From assembly GCA_010093995.1 (NCBI GenBank), contig ML992516.1:62001-110195 (forward strand): a stretch of DNA of 48,195 bases. The letters run 5' to 3'. The DNA is from Elsinoe ampelina. Its lineage: Eukaryota. Position numbers and translations under genes: made by a program. Shown here piece by piece: positions 12,594 to 22,412 of the stretch (positions within the stretch are counted from its first letter, which is position 1; every line of letters starts with the position of its first letter). The notes below the pieces were generated by a model that worked only from the letters and a program-made list of their open reading frames with translations, made no database searches and was not told where the DNA came from.

Positions 12594-13259
12594 ATGAAAG
12601 TGCCTTCGATCTTGTTCGCGCTAGCAGCAAGCACAGCACTTGCAGCACCAACTGCCCAGCCTGAAGCTGAGGCCGATGTTAGAATCACCGAGCGAGATGG
12701 TCCTTCACTGGTGACCTACGCAGTGAGCGGCTTCCGCATCACCGACCTGACTGCGGTCATCAAGCCATGGAGTATCTTCACCACCACGACCGGGAATACC
12801 ATCAACTTTACAGTACAGCCACTGAGCGCGACATCCCAGGCTCTTGGTGACCCCGTTACGTGTCAAAAGACATGGACAGACTCTGTCCTTCGTGGAACAG
12901 GAAGCACAGTTGTACGTATCATGACTTCCATATTTGCCATCTGGACACCAGAAGTGTGTCGGTCCTTCCTTGACTTTGATGGTTGGCTAATACCTTAGTA
13001 GGTCAAGTGCTCGAACTCAAACCTGTCATTCTACATATCTCGCAACTACCTCTACAGCTACCAGATCAACGTCAATCTGGCCTACACGCTCGTGCGATCT
13101 GCGAATGGAACAGCTGGGACACAGTACAGCTCGACTTTTGCCTTGAATGAGAAGAGTGTACAACTCAAATGTGTAAAGGACAAGAACAATGCGCAAACCT
13201 GTGCATGGAGTGGGACAGCCCTCTCAGCCTCCACCCTTTCATCCAAAAGTGTCTCGTAG
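12594..13259 (+). CDS. Small secreted 4-Cys protein, Alt a 1-like candidate effector, paralog 2 (~191 aa; exons 12594-12911, 13002-13259)
   Basis: Signal and pro region MKVPSILFALAASTALAAP...ITER. Sequence reads FRITDL...INFTV...TCQKTW, then intron 12912-13001 (GTACGT..GCTAAT..TAG), then VKCSNSNLSFYI...KCVKDKNNAQTCAW. A TATAAG lies about 57 nt upstream. Confidence 0.82.
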
Positions 13260-13979
13260 GGGCGGTTGACGATTGTCACGTGACCTAGAGCGATACGCTG
13301 GATCACTGTGATGGGGTTCCGTGGCCCCGTATCGATAGAATGCTCAATCACTTGATACATGCGAAATCAACGCTGTTTGACGACGATCACAGCCTTCCCC
13401 GACCGTTCAGATCTCATTGAACCATTTGATGGCATATTTCCTGCATGACCGTTGAAAATGCTCGTACATGATAGATGAAATCTCCAGTATGGCAAACCAT
13501 TTCGACCACGAGAGAACAACCACTGATCGAGTCGACGAATGGGAATACTCGCAAGTGATGATCCTGTATTCATGGAACTATGCAAATTCTCGGGTCCAGG
13601 CACTGATCCATCCCACGCCGTTCGTAGGGCCTGCACAAGGTCATTTGACTATACCATTCGAGCAGTGATAGTCGCCGCATGGCTCGGGATAGTCAGACAA
13701 GCCTCTTCTCGAACGATGCCCATTCCAGCCAGAACAGCTTCCAAGATTCTTCTTGACAATCCTCCCCAGGGCCCAACGTTGTCATTACCGACCGTTGGAC
13801 ATGTTGCTAGACGATACCGGCCTGCCGCGGAGCAACGTCGTCTAGCTATGGCAACAATTTCAACTCGTATAGGAACAAAATATAAGATGAGCAGGAAAGC
13901 GTAGAAGTCTTTCCTTTGATCATTCAGAATTCATCCTTCTGCTTCATTCCATCACATAATTTTGACCCTACCTGACAAG

Positions 13980-14745
13980 ATGAAGTTCACTCTCCTCCCC
14001 ATCCTCGCCCTCGCTGGCGCCTCCCTTGCCTCCCCGGCGGGTATGCCTCAAGCCGCTCCTCCTGGAGAGGTTCACCCCATCATCCTCGGCCGTGCCGCAA
14101 AGAACGCTACCTCCCCCGGCAAGAACGGCACTTCCCCAGTGACCCCAGCCAACAACGGCACCAGCAAGGCCGGCCCTGTCTTTGGAATCAAGGCACTGTA
14201 CTACACACTCGAGGCACCCAGCAAGAGCGCGAAGAACTTCCGCAGCAACGTCACCTTTGACCTATCCTTCTTCAACAAGACCAACAACGCCCCACTCTTC
14301 GTGCAATGCAGCGACAGCTGGACCGTCAAATCCAAGAGCGCAAAGTACAAGAGCAAGGACTATGTACGTACCCACCATGTCATGCCACAAACCCCCTACT
14401 GACCTCTCACAGACCACTTGCGGCAAGAGCGCCCTGGCCTTCAAGGTCGAGAACAAGCCATACAGCGACGCCAAGATCACGCTCCGCTACAGACAATTCA
14501 AGAACGTCACGGCCGGCACTTACATAGACTACTTCGGCGACATCGCCTTCAAGGACACCAACAATAAGCAACCCAAGATCTCGTGCGGAGACAAGAAGTT
14601 CGGCGTCACCAAGGGAAGGTACTGCAGGCAGAGCACCAACAGCACTGCCGCAGCGTGGACGACAAAGGTGGCGAAGAAGGCGAAAGGACAGGTCAAGGAG
14701 GAGGGGAAGAAGAGTGCGTTTGCGAAGTTGATGGCGTTGTTGTAG
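13980..14745 (+). CDS. Small secreted, Lys-rich 4-Cys protein, Alt a 1-like candidate effector, paralog 3 (~238 aa; exons 13980-14363, 14413-14745)
   Basis: Signal peptide MKFTLLPILALAGASLASP. Sequence reads FGIKAL...VTFDL...QCSDSW, then intron 14364-14412 (GTACGT..ACTGAC..CAG), then TTCGKSALAFKV...SCG...YCRQ. Strong codon bias; TATAAG about 100 nt upstream. Confidence 0.85.
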
Positions 14746-15829
14746 AGGGGCGTAGGGTCTGAGGGGGAGGTTAGTGTTTGCATAGCTGAGGACTGGTATA
14801 TAGATCGGGTAGAATGGTTCTTCAGTAGGAACAATTGTAATGTATAAATAATAAGCCACATGGTGGTTCAGATCCCTGTTGTCATCTTTTGAGGGTGGAG
14901 GTAGGGGAAAGGGAAAAGGCTTGGGAGTACTCACCAAGCACCTGGGACATTGTCTACGTCCATCGACCACATGGGAAGGGTCATGAGTGACATCTTAGTG
15001 GCTGCGCAATGTGAACCATGAAGGTACACTCGAATGCTAGATACCTTTGAAAATCAAGTGACGATGGAGAAAGGGAACAGCAAAATCTGAAGCACTTTTA
15101 AGCGCGATCCGGCGGGACGGGCTGTTCGGGCCGAGACGGCGAGACGCCACAGCCGCGCAACAAGAATGTGGCAGGATCTCTCCAGCTTCAACCTCATCTC
15201 ACGATGCGATGATGCACACACGCCGGGATCATGGTCCTACAATGTCATTCCGCGCTAGTCGGTACACGTGAAAACCAATGTGATTCGTCGGTAATGTGAA
15301 GGTCCGCCTAAAGTGGCTACTTCCTTTCCACTTTCTCAATCCGACGCGGCGTCTTGAACATGTGCATGCATACCTGACCGTGTCATTGGCCGGGCGATAC
15401 GGGAAAGCGCCGCTATGGTCCGATGTATCAAGATGCCTGGATCACATGCGAAAATCTCGTCACCAAGTTTTCCTCCGTGTCTCTCTTCTCCTCCCTTTTA
15501 CACTTCCCACCTTTGCCTTCATTCGATCTCCTCCACTGACCTCACGTTCGTTTGTCGAGTCTGGATCCAAGACGGAGAAGAGCCATTGGAGCTAGGCATA
15601 AGACGTCCTGACCTCGAAGATTTCTGCGATCGGCCCACTAGCACAGCCCTGTCGGAATACAGAGGCTGATTGTTGTCTGACCGTCAAAGCGACAGAACGC
15701 ACACTGAAACACCTGACCGAGGTCACGAAGGAAGTCAAGACTCTGTAGCCCACCTTAAACCATTTGAAGCAGAACTTCCAGTACCATCAAGCGACCATCG
15801 GAGAACAGAAAGCTCGGCCTACCAAGACG

Positions 15830-16378
15830 ATGGAGGACAGCCAAGGGCAGCAAGCATACTATGCACGTCTCGTTACTGAAATCGAAGGAACAAAGACTCA
15901 GTTGGCCACACTGACTCGGGACAAGGAGGCCTTGGAGCGTGCTGTTGAAAATCACAAGAACGAGACAGCCGAGATGCGGGAGCGGATCGACAGGCTGGAA
16001 GAGGGACTTCGTAACGCCGAAAGCCAGAACAACACACTTTGCGGACGGGTGACCAAGCTTGAAAACGAACTCAACAAGCAGAAGGACCAGGTGGCCGCGC
16101 TGGTGAAATGGAAGAATGGTCCTCTGGAAAATAACAGCGACCTGCAGACTCGGCATAATGCGGCTTCTAGTACACTACGGCGAAGAATCTCCAGTAGCAG
16201 TTCGGAAAGCTTTGATCGAGAGAATTGGGACGTAGAAAATGCTCGCCGCGAGGCTATTCTCGAAAAGAACACCAGGATTACACAAAGTATCAGGCTGCGC
16301 AAAGGAATGGTCTCCTTTGATAGTGAAGATGAGGAAGAAGGTAAAGGGGAAGTGGCAGGAGATTCGATGGATATGTGA
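15830..16378 (+). CDS. Hypothetical coiled-coil protein (~182 aa from the first ATG; upstream exons possible)
   Basis: Heptad-like stretch LVTEIEGTKTQLATLTRDKEALE...LENELNKQKDQVAALVKW and an acidic tail. The frame is open from about 15749, just after a possible TGTAG acceptor, so the start is uncertain. Confidence 0.6.
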   Translation: MEDSQGQQAYYARLVTEIEGTKTQLATLTRDKEALERAVENHKNETAEMRERIDRLEEGLRNAESQNNTLCGRVTKLENELNKQKDQVAALVKWKNGPLENNSDLQTRHNAASSTLRRRISSSSSESFDRENWDVENARREAILEKNTRITQSIRLRKGMVSFDSEDEEEGKGEVAGDSMDM

Positions 16379-16910
16379 GGCGGCGGCAGTATTTGACTGA
16401 CACTGGCTGGATCCGCAGGGTTCGGCAGGGGCATAGAATGACATAGACACAGCGACCATGCATGAGCCACTCGCCATGGAGCAGACTTCTGGCCGGCGAT
16501 GGTCAGATTCTGCTTGCATTGCTGGAGAGGGTTGAGCGACAAGTATATATGTATGTCAACATGGAAAATCCTCAAAGCGTAACTATGCAAATGTGAGAAG
16601 GGCGGCGGATGGTGTGTCTTTCTTGTCTCCCAAAATGCTGCGCCCTTGGGGAGCATTTGGCCGAATCTTGCGTCCGGAGTCTTGAATGATCACTTCCAAC
16701 TTCGATGCCGTATGAATTTTTGAAAGTTGTGCTTAATGAGGTGAGAAGACATCTCTACTCGGCGTCAAAATTTGAAACAGCACAACTCCACTTTCAGCTT
16801 CGGCTGCTGACTTGCAACCAACAATACAAGCAAGCACCCGCAATTCAATTACACATGATCCACTCTAGGACCATGATTTTATAGCGTCATCAATCAAATT
16901 CTGAACGACC

Positions 16911-18248
16911 ATGGATCGCATCGTGCCTCCTCTGGCGGATGCCTTCCGCAACGAGAACGGCTATGCCCTCGCCGCCATCCTCTCCCCAATCCCCCCACCC
17001 CACGACCCTTCCCGCATCACCGCCATCGCCTCGCTCTCTACACCCAGCACCATCAACAACGACCTCCGCGCCTCGCTCCGCCAAATCCTCCCTTCTCCCG
17101 ACGAATTGACCGCCTGGACCGACATCTTCACCTACTACCACCGCTCCCTCGTCTCCATCCTCACCGTCTCTTCCTCCACTTCCCCCTCATGGACCCCCAC
17201 CTACCAAGTCTGGCGGGACCTCCTCTCCTCCCTCCACCGCGCCTACACCCACGGCCACCTCTCAGTCTGGACCCTCCCACTCCTCTACCAAACCACCTCC
17301 TACCTGCGCACCCTCGCCCTCCGCGCCGACGCCACCCTCCCCCCCTCCCACTCCCCAGACCCGTCCCTCTCCTCCCCCAACCTCGAAGACTGCGCCAGAC
17401 AAATCAACCGCGTCTTCGCCCTCGTAACCCAAGACCGCACCCCCATGCCAAACCGCAAATACGGCACCTACCGCGTCGCCGTGCTGCTGTTCAAGACCTA
17501 CTTCCGACTGAACAGCATCTCGCTGTGCAAGAACATCGTGCGCTCCATCAACGCCAGCGCGGGCGACATGCCCCCCCTCGAATTCTTCCCCAAAGCCCAC
17601 AGGGTGAGTTACGCCTACTACGTGGGCGTGGTGGCGTTCCTCGAGGAGCGCTACGAAGCCGCCGAGTCGGAGCTGGAGGGGGCGTACGCGTTGTGTCTCG
17701 CCGGGGAGGGCGGGGCGAGGCAAGCGGAGCGCATCCTCACGTACTTGGTCCCCGTGAAGTTGTTGGTCAGGCACGTGTTGCCGAGCAAGGCGTTGTTGGC
17801 ACGGCATGGGCGGTTGGAGGGGTTGTTTGGGGGGTTGGTGAGGGCGGTGAAGAGGGGGGATTTGAAGGGGTTTGATGAGGCGTTGGCGGATGGGGAGGAG
17901 GAGTTTGTGCGGATGAGGGTTTATTTGACGTTGGAGAGGGGGAGGGATGTTTGTGCGAGGAATTTGTTGAGGAGGGTTTATTTGAATGCCGGGTGGGAGG
18001 GGGAGGTGAGGAGGAGTAGGATTCCGGTGGCGGAGTGGAGGGCGGGGTTGAAGGTGGTGGGGGAGGAGGTGGAGGGGGATGAGGTGGAGGCGTTGATTGC
18101 GGGGTTGATCTACAAGGTACGTTGCTGTATGATGTGCGAGGCAGGCCGAGGCTGACAAGGACAGAATTTGATCAAGGGATACATCTCCCGGGCGCATTCG
18201 ATGGTAGTGTTGAACAAGAAGGGCGCATTTCCGGGGACAGGAGTATGA
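16911..18248 (+). CDS. CSN12: PCI-domain protein Csn12 / PCID2-like (~429 aa; exons 16911-18116, 18165-18248)
   Basis: Motifs LEDCARQINRVF, RKYGTY..LLFKTYFRLNSISLCKN and PKAHRVSYAYYVG..FLEE.Y. Intron 18117-18164 (GTACGT..GCTGAC..CAG) gives [30 protein letters not shown], the typical C-terminus. Confidence 0.92.
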
Positions 18249-18657
18249 GCGACAGCAACGGGACGAGCAAGAATCACGACATGAACGTCGGGTGTGGCGA
18301 ATCAGAAAGGGCCGTCACGAGGTCACGCGGACGATGAGGAGTGATCGGGCGCAGATGACCTAAAGCCACAGTTTATGGCGATCAAGACCGCAGTGGCAGC
18401 GACAATAACACCAACAACGACCAGCATACTAATGAAACATAGAATACATTGCTATTCTACCCCAAGCCTCGACACCGAACGACATCCGAGCCAAAGCTGG
18501 AAAGGAAAAAGTGGCGAAAGCAAGCGCCCTCGACGAGACGCCCAAAGATAACCCCAATATCGAACCCAAATCAAGGAAAAATCTAACCCACAGTCTCTCG
18601 AGTAGTGATACAATCTGCCTCCCCTTGCCCCTCCCTCCCTCCTCCTGCCGATCCCCT

Positions 18658-19624
18658 TCACCTCCCCTTCTGCACATCATCCAAATGATTCACCAACGCC
18701 ACGAACAAATCAAACCACATCTTCCCTCCCTTCTCCATCTCCTCCTGCATGGTGCCCGATCTCTTGAACGTGTTCCTGCTCCTGATGATGAGCGCGAGGT
18801 AATGTGCGCGCAGACGTGAGTCCGAGTCGGGAGTGAAGGCGTAGGCGTACCGGGCGGAGGCGAGGATGGTGCTGCACGTGATGCCGGACTGGAGACCTTG
18901 TTTCTTGAGGGCTAGGCGTTTGAGTTCGGTGAGGCCGAACTTTTCGGCGGCGCACTGGGGGGGTTAGCTGGTGGTGGAGAGAGGATGGGAGAAAGAGGCG
19001 GTAAAGAGGAGGTGGGGGGAAAGGGGACTGGGGATGTATGAGCTTGGGGAAAGAGGAGGAAGGAAGGGGAGACATACGTAGATGGCTGTGTCTTTGAGGA
19101 TGTGTGCGTTGACGCTGCTCTGGAAAATTGTGTTCTCGCTCATGCCGGTGCGGCCTCCGTCTTCAAGGTACCATGAGTTACGCTTCTTGTCCATCTCGAG
19201 ACGTGGGTAGTAGTCCCCTTTGTAGAGAAATTCGAGGATGGCGGAGAAGACTTCTGGCTCTTCGTTGGGGAGGCCGATGCGGCGGGATGAGTCGAAGAAC
19301 TGGTGCTGGCATAGTTGGGCGAAGTAGGGGCTCTTGCTGAGGGTCTCTTGATGGGCGGCGAAGAGGCGTTGGGCGGGGCCGACGGTTAGGGTGACGATGG
19401 GTGAGTTGAGATTGCTTGGTGGGATCAGTATTGATGGAACATTGAGAGCAGTTCGGGCGGACTTACGGCGATGTGGTTGGGCTGGTAGTGACGTTGAAGG
19501 ACGAGCTCATACGCTTGCTCGTAGGATCTTTGAATGAACCCTTCTTCTTGCTGCTCGACTTGTGAACCCGGCCAGTGAAGCTTTCCCTGAAAGACGAACG
19601 CTCCCTTCGATGAGAGGGCATCAT
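18658..19624 (-). CDS. Fungal BTB/POZ-domain protein (~263 aa; exons 19624-19467, 19414-19078, 18954-18658)
   Basis: Hand translation gives SPIVTLTVGPAQRLFAAHQETLSKSPYF...IGLPNEEPEVFSAILEFLYKGDY...AIY-CAAEKFGLTELKRLALKKQGLQSGI. Introns are 19466-19415 (GTAAGT..CTGAT..AAG) and 19077-18955 (GTATGT..GCTAAC..CAG). The ORF track largely misses this gene. Confidence 0.88.
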
Positions 19625-19837
19625 CCTGAGGCGTCAAGTCCACGTGACGTGGATGATGGGAAACCCAAAAGGTCCAGTCGAGACGATATCAATCACATTT
19701 GATGGCGAAAAGCAAGCAGATATAACAAAATCGATGGAATGGCCAAGAGAAACCAAACGCAATATGGCGAGGGCAGAGTCACTTATATAGTCATTGTCAC
19801 AACTAGGCAGATCTCCGCCCACGCATGCCCAACCCGT

Positions 19838-20326
19838 ATGAGCCATACGCCAACAAAGCCAAACCCGGCCTTCCGGTCGGTCGGCACGACGATAACACCT
19901 ACCAAGCCTCTATTCGAGGATCTCATTCAAACGAGCAATTCGTGGCATGTCGGAACCACAAAAAAAGCATCGACACCGACCAGTCCCAGCCAGATCATCA
20001 AGGTACGGGCGTCGGGGAAGCATCAACGGGCGCAGCGGATCAAGCGGACGAGGGAAACCAGAGTCGGGGTCGAAGAAGGAGGATGCGAGGTGGAGGGAGG
20101 CGATGGTTTCGATTTTTATCCTGATTGGACGCGTCGACCACTTTACGCCAATCACGAAAGCGACGCGAAATCAGCTGTATCAAAAAAAGTCATGGACCTC
20201 ATCAAAAGAAAGCTCTTGCCTGAGGAAAGGACCAGGATGAGGACCCGCCACGGGGCTAGACGAAGCGAAGACAACGGGCAGGAGTCATGCGAGCCGTCCG
20301 AGCAAGGTTCTTTTTGTTTCAAGTGA
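19838..20326 (+). CDS. Doubtful orphan ORF or gene fragment
   Basis: A 162-codon ORF divergent from the BTB gene. No family is securely recognised and no clean splice model was found. Confidence 0.3.
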   Translation: MSHTPTKPNPAFRSVGTTITPTKPLFEDLIQTSNSWHVGTTKKASTPTSPSQIIKVRASGKHQRAQRIKRTRETRVGVEEGGCEVEGGDGFDFYPDWTRRPLYANHESDAKSAVSKKVMDLIKRKLLPEERTRMRTRHGARRSEDNGQESCEPSEQGSFCFK

Positions 20327-20895
20327 CGGTCGGCCTTTCCTGATTCGAGCTGGCTTTTGCTTGGATGTGAGGCCGGGCTGATGTTTCTTTTGGAGATCAT
20401 CAGGGACGCTTTTTGGAGCCGGCAATCGATATTTCACGGCTCAATCACGCAGTCTCGGGCTTTGTGTATGTGCTGGTCAATTGCACTGCCAGCCCATGTC
20501 GCCGTCATCTACACCAGGCAGCAAAGACCGGCCACATCACATCTGCAACGTCCACGCAGCAAAAGCTACTGCAACAGCAATCCATGCGGTCCAACATGGC
20601 TTGGATCAGATCGGCCACTAGTGCAACCCTTGCATTCGCCCCGACGCTAATTCATGCAGGCAGCAGAGATGACTCCCTCTCTGCCATGCCGAGGCGTTCC
20701 TCGCTACCTGTCTTTTGGTTCCTGTTCTACCCTCCCTTGCGAGTATGACAGCTTGGATGGGTCTCCAAGGAGGTCTGTCTCACTGTCACTGCCAATATTA
20801 TGCATGCACTGCCGGGATATGTCTGAGGCAGACAAGGCAAGTATCTCATTGTCCATCATTTCATAATCGCATAATCAAGTCTCAGTCGTCAATCA

Positions 20896-22032
20896 TCAGT
20901 GCAAATCAGGCCTATACAGCCACTCATCCCTCCTTCCCCTCCACTCAAATTCCACCGCTCCAAACAAGCCCACCGCACCACAGATATCCCTGTCACCGCC
21001 CAGTCCCTCCGGATCACCTTCCAGCTCTCCCGCATCTCTCTCCTCGTACAGATCCCATCCACCTACCTTTCTCCCGTCTCTCGTCAAAAATACTTTGACC
21101 TTGTTCCTCCCCCTGACTCCACCGATAGGATACCCTCTCGCATCCTCCCACACCATCCCTATGCCTACCACCTCGCCCTCGTTGAACGACGTCGTAAAGT
21201 CCATCCCTCCCATGTTGTTATTGATGTACCTCCTCCCATCATCGCCGTGAACACCAAGACTAGCTCGCTCCCACCCGGGCAGGCGCCAGGCAGGGTAAGG
21301 CGGCGCCACGAACCCCAAAGCGACAGCCGAGTCCACCTCACCTGATGCTGAGGAGGTGAGATCGAGCTTCGTGATGCGCATCTCAAAGTACGCGGTGTAG
21401 CTCCGGCCGGTATGACGCGGATCATGGTGGGTGGCCGCGAACATGGGCAGGGAAGTCAAGAGGATGGCGTCTTGTGTGCCCTTTGCTGTGGCTACACGCC
21501 ATGTTCCAGGACGCGAGGAAGTGAGTTGGGCGCGGACGTTGGGTGGTTTGGTCAGTGCTAGGTGCCCTGCATTGATCTCGGAAAGCTCGCCTTCACGCAG
21601 GGGATGGGGTCGGTACAGAGGGTGGGCGCGGGTCCAGGCTCGGGCGGAGTCGGCCCATTCTGCTGAGGCGTTGGAGGTGGGCGACGTCTCGTAAGAGAGG
21701 GATGGTGGTGGAGGAAGGGTCGAGGAGTCGGGGACTGATAACCAGGGGTCGTATGGTGGTGGTTCGGGGTCCGAGGTCTTCTCATTGTAGTTGGTCTTTT
21801 GGTCGTGTGATGGCGGCGGACCAGGCGGCGGGGCGTACGAGGTCTTCTCGGAGTGTGATGGTGGTGGACCGGGTGGTGGTTGGTAGGCGTCGGTGCCCAA
21901 GGATTGTTGCTGGTTGTTGCCACCTGAGAAGGCATTCATTGCACGGCGAAATGGATTGCGGGACTCTGACGATGGGACAGCGGCGTCGCTGGAATTCGAG
22001 TTGGACCCGAGGTGATCACTTAGCTTGCCCAT
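20896..22032 (-). CDS. SPRY (B30.2)-domain protein with Pro-rich N-terminus, Ssh4-like SPRY subfamily
   Basis: TAYFEMRI...VALGFVAPPYPAWRLPGWERASLGVHGDDGRRY...FNEGEVVGIG...VFLTRDG matches the Ssh4/RanBP9-type SPRY signature. Confidence 0.9.
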   Translation of the reverse strand: MGKLSDHLGSNSNSSDAAVPSSESRNPFRRAMNAFSGGNNQQQSLGTDAYQPPPGPPPSHSEKTSYAPPPGPPPSHDQKTNYNEKTSDPEPPPYDPWLSVPDSSTLPPPPSLSYETSPTSNASAEWADSARAWTRAHPLYRPHPLREGELSEINAGHLALTKPPNVRAQLTSSRPGTWRVATAKGTQDAILLTSLPMFAATHHDPRHTGRSYTAYFEMRITKLDLTSSASGEVDSAVALGFVAPPYPAWRLPGWERASLGVHGDDGRRYINNNMGGMDFTTSFNEGEVVGIGMVWEDARGYPIGGVRGRNKVKVFLTRDGRKVGGWDLYEERDAGELEGDPEGLGGDRDICGAVGLFGAVEFEWRGRRDEWLYRPDLH

Positions 22033-22412
22033 AATGATGGTATTCTTGTTGGCTTGCTACTTGGGAGTGGAGAGGTGGAGGATGGGAGATCTGGACGCTC
22101 TGGTCGCTCTGATCGCGCCACCTTTGTAGCGGAGAGTCCAGAAGAAGCAAAGTGGGCGCAGTCTGGTCCTGTGATCCCATGTAGAGGTTATGTCGAATAT
22201 GCTTGCAAAGAAGGCGGAGTGTCTTTGATGGAAGAAGGCGAGCACGACGTTATGATGATCAGGCAAAATGCACCGCCACACGGCATAGACAGCCTCGCCG
22301 CACAAACTACATGACGTACTCTTCGAGGTCGTACGTTTTCATCGAATTCGACAAATGATCCATCATTCTCGCCCTCTCGCCATATCATATTCCATCACCC
22401 TTATCTTCTAGC

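Noticed and set aside
15102..15158. GC-rich nested inverted repeats (GCGCG/CGCGC, GGCTGT/ACAGCC, GGCG/CGCC)
   Set aside because: The stems are short and expected by chance in GC-rich promoter DNA, with no tRNA or known ncRNA hallmarks.
17189..18197. Long alternative-frame and antisense ORFs over CSN12 (228 aa +, 311 aa -)
   Set aside because: These are low-complexity shadows caused by the extreme C/G codon skew; no recognisable domains.
16911..19624. Functional cluster of CSN12 and the BTB protein (cullin regulation)
   Set aside because: Csn12/PCID2-type proteins act mainly in Thp3/Sem1-type mRNA-processing complexes, and adjacency alone is not evidence.
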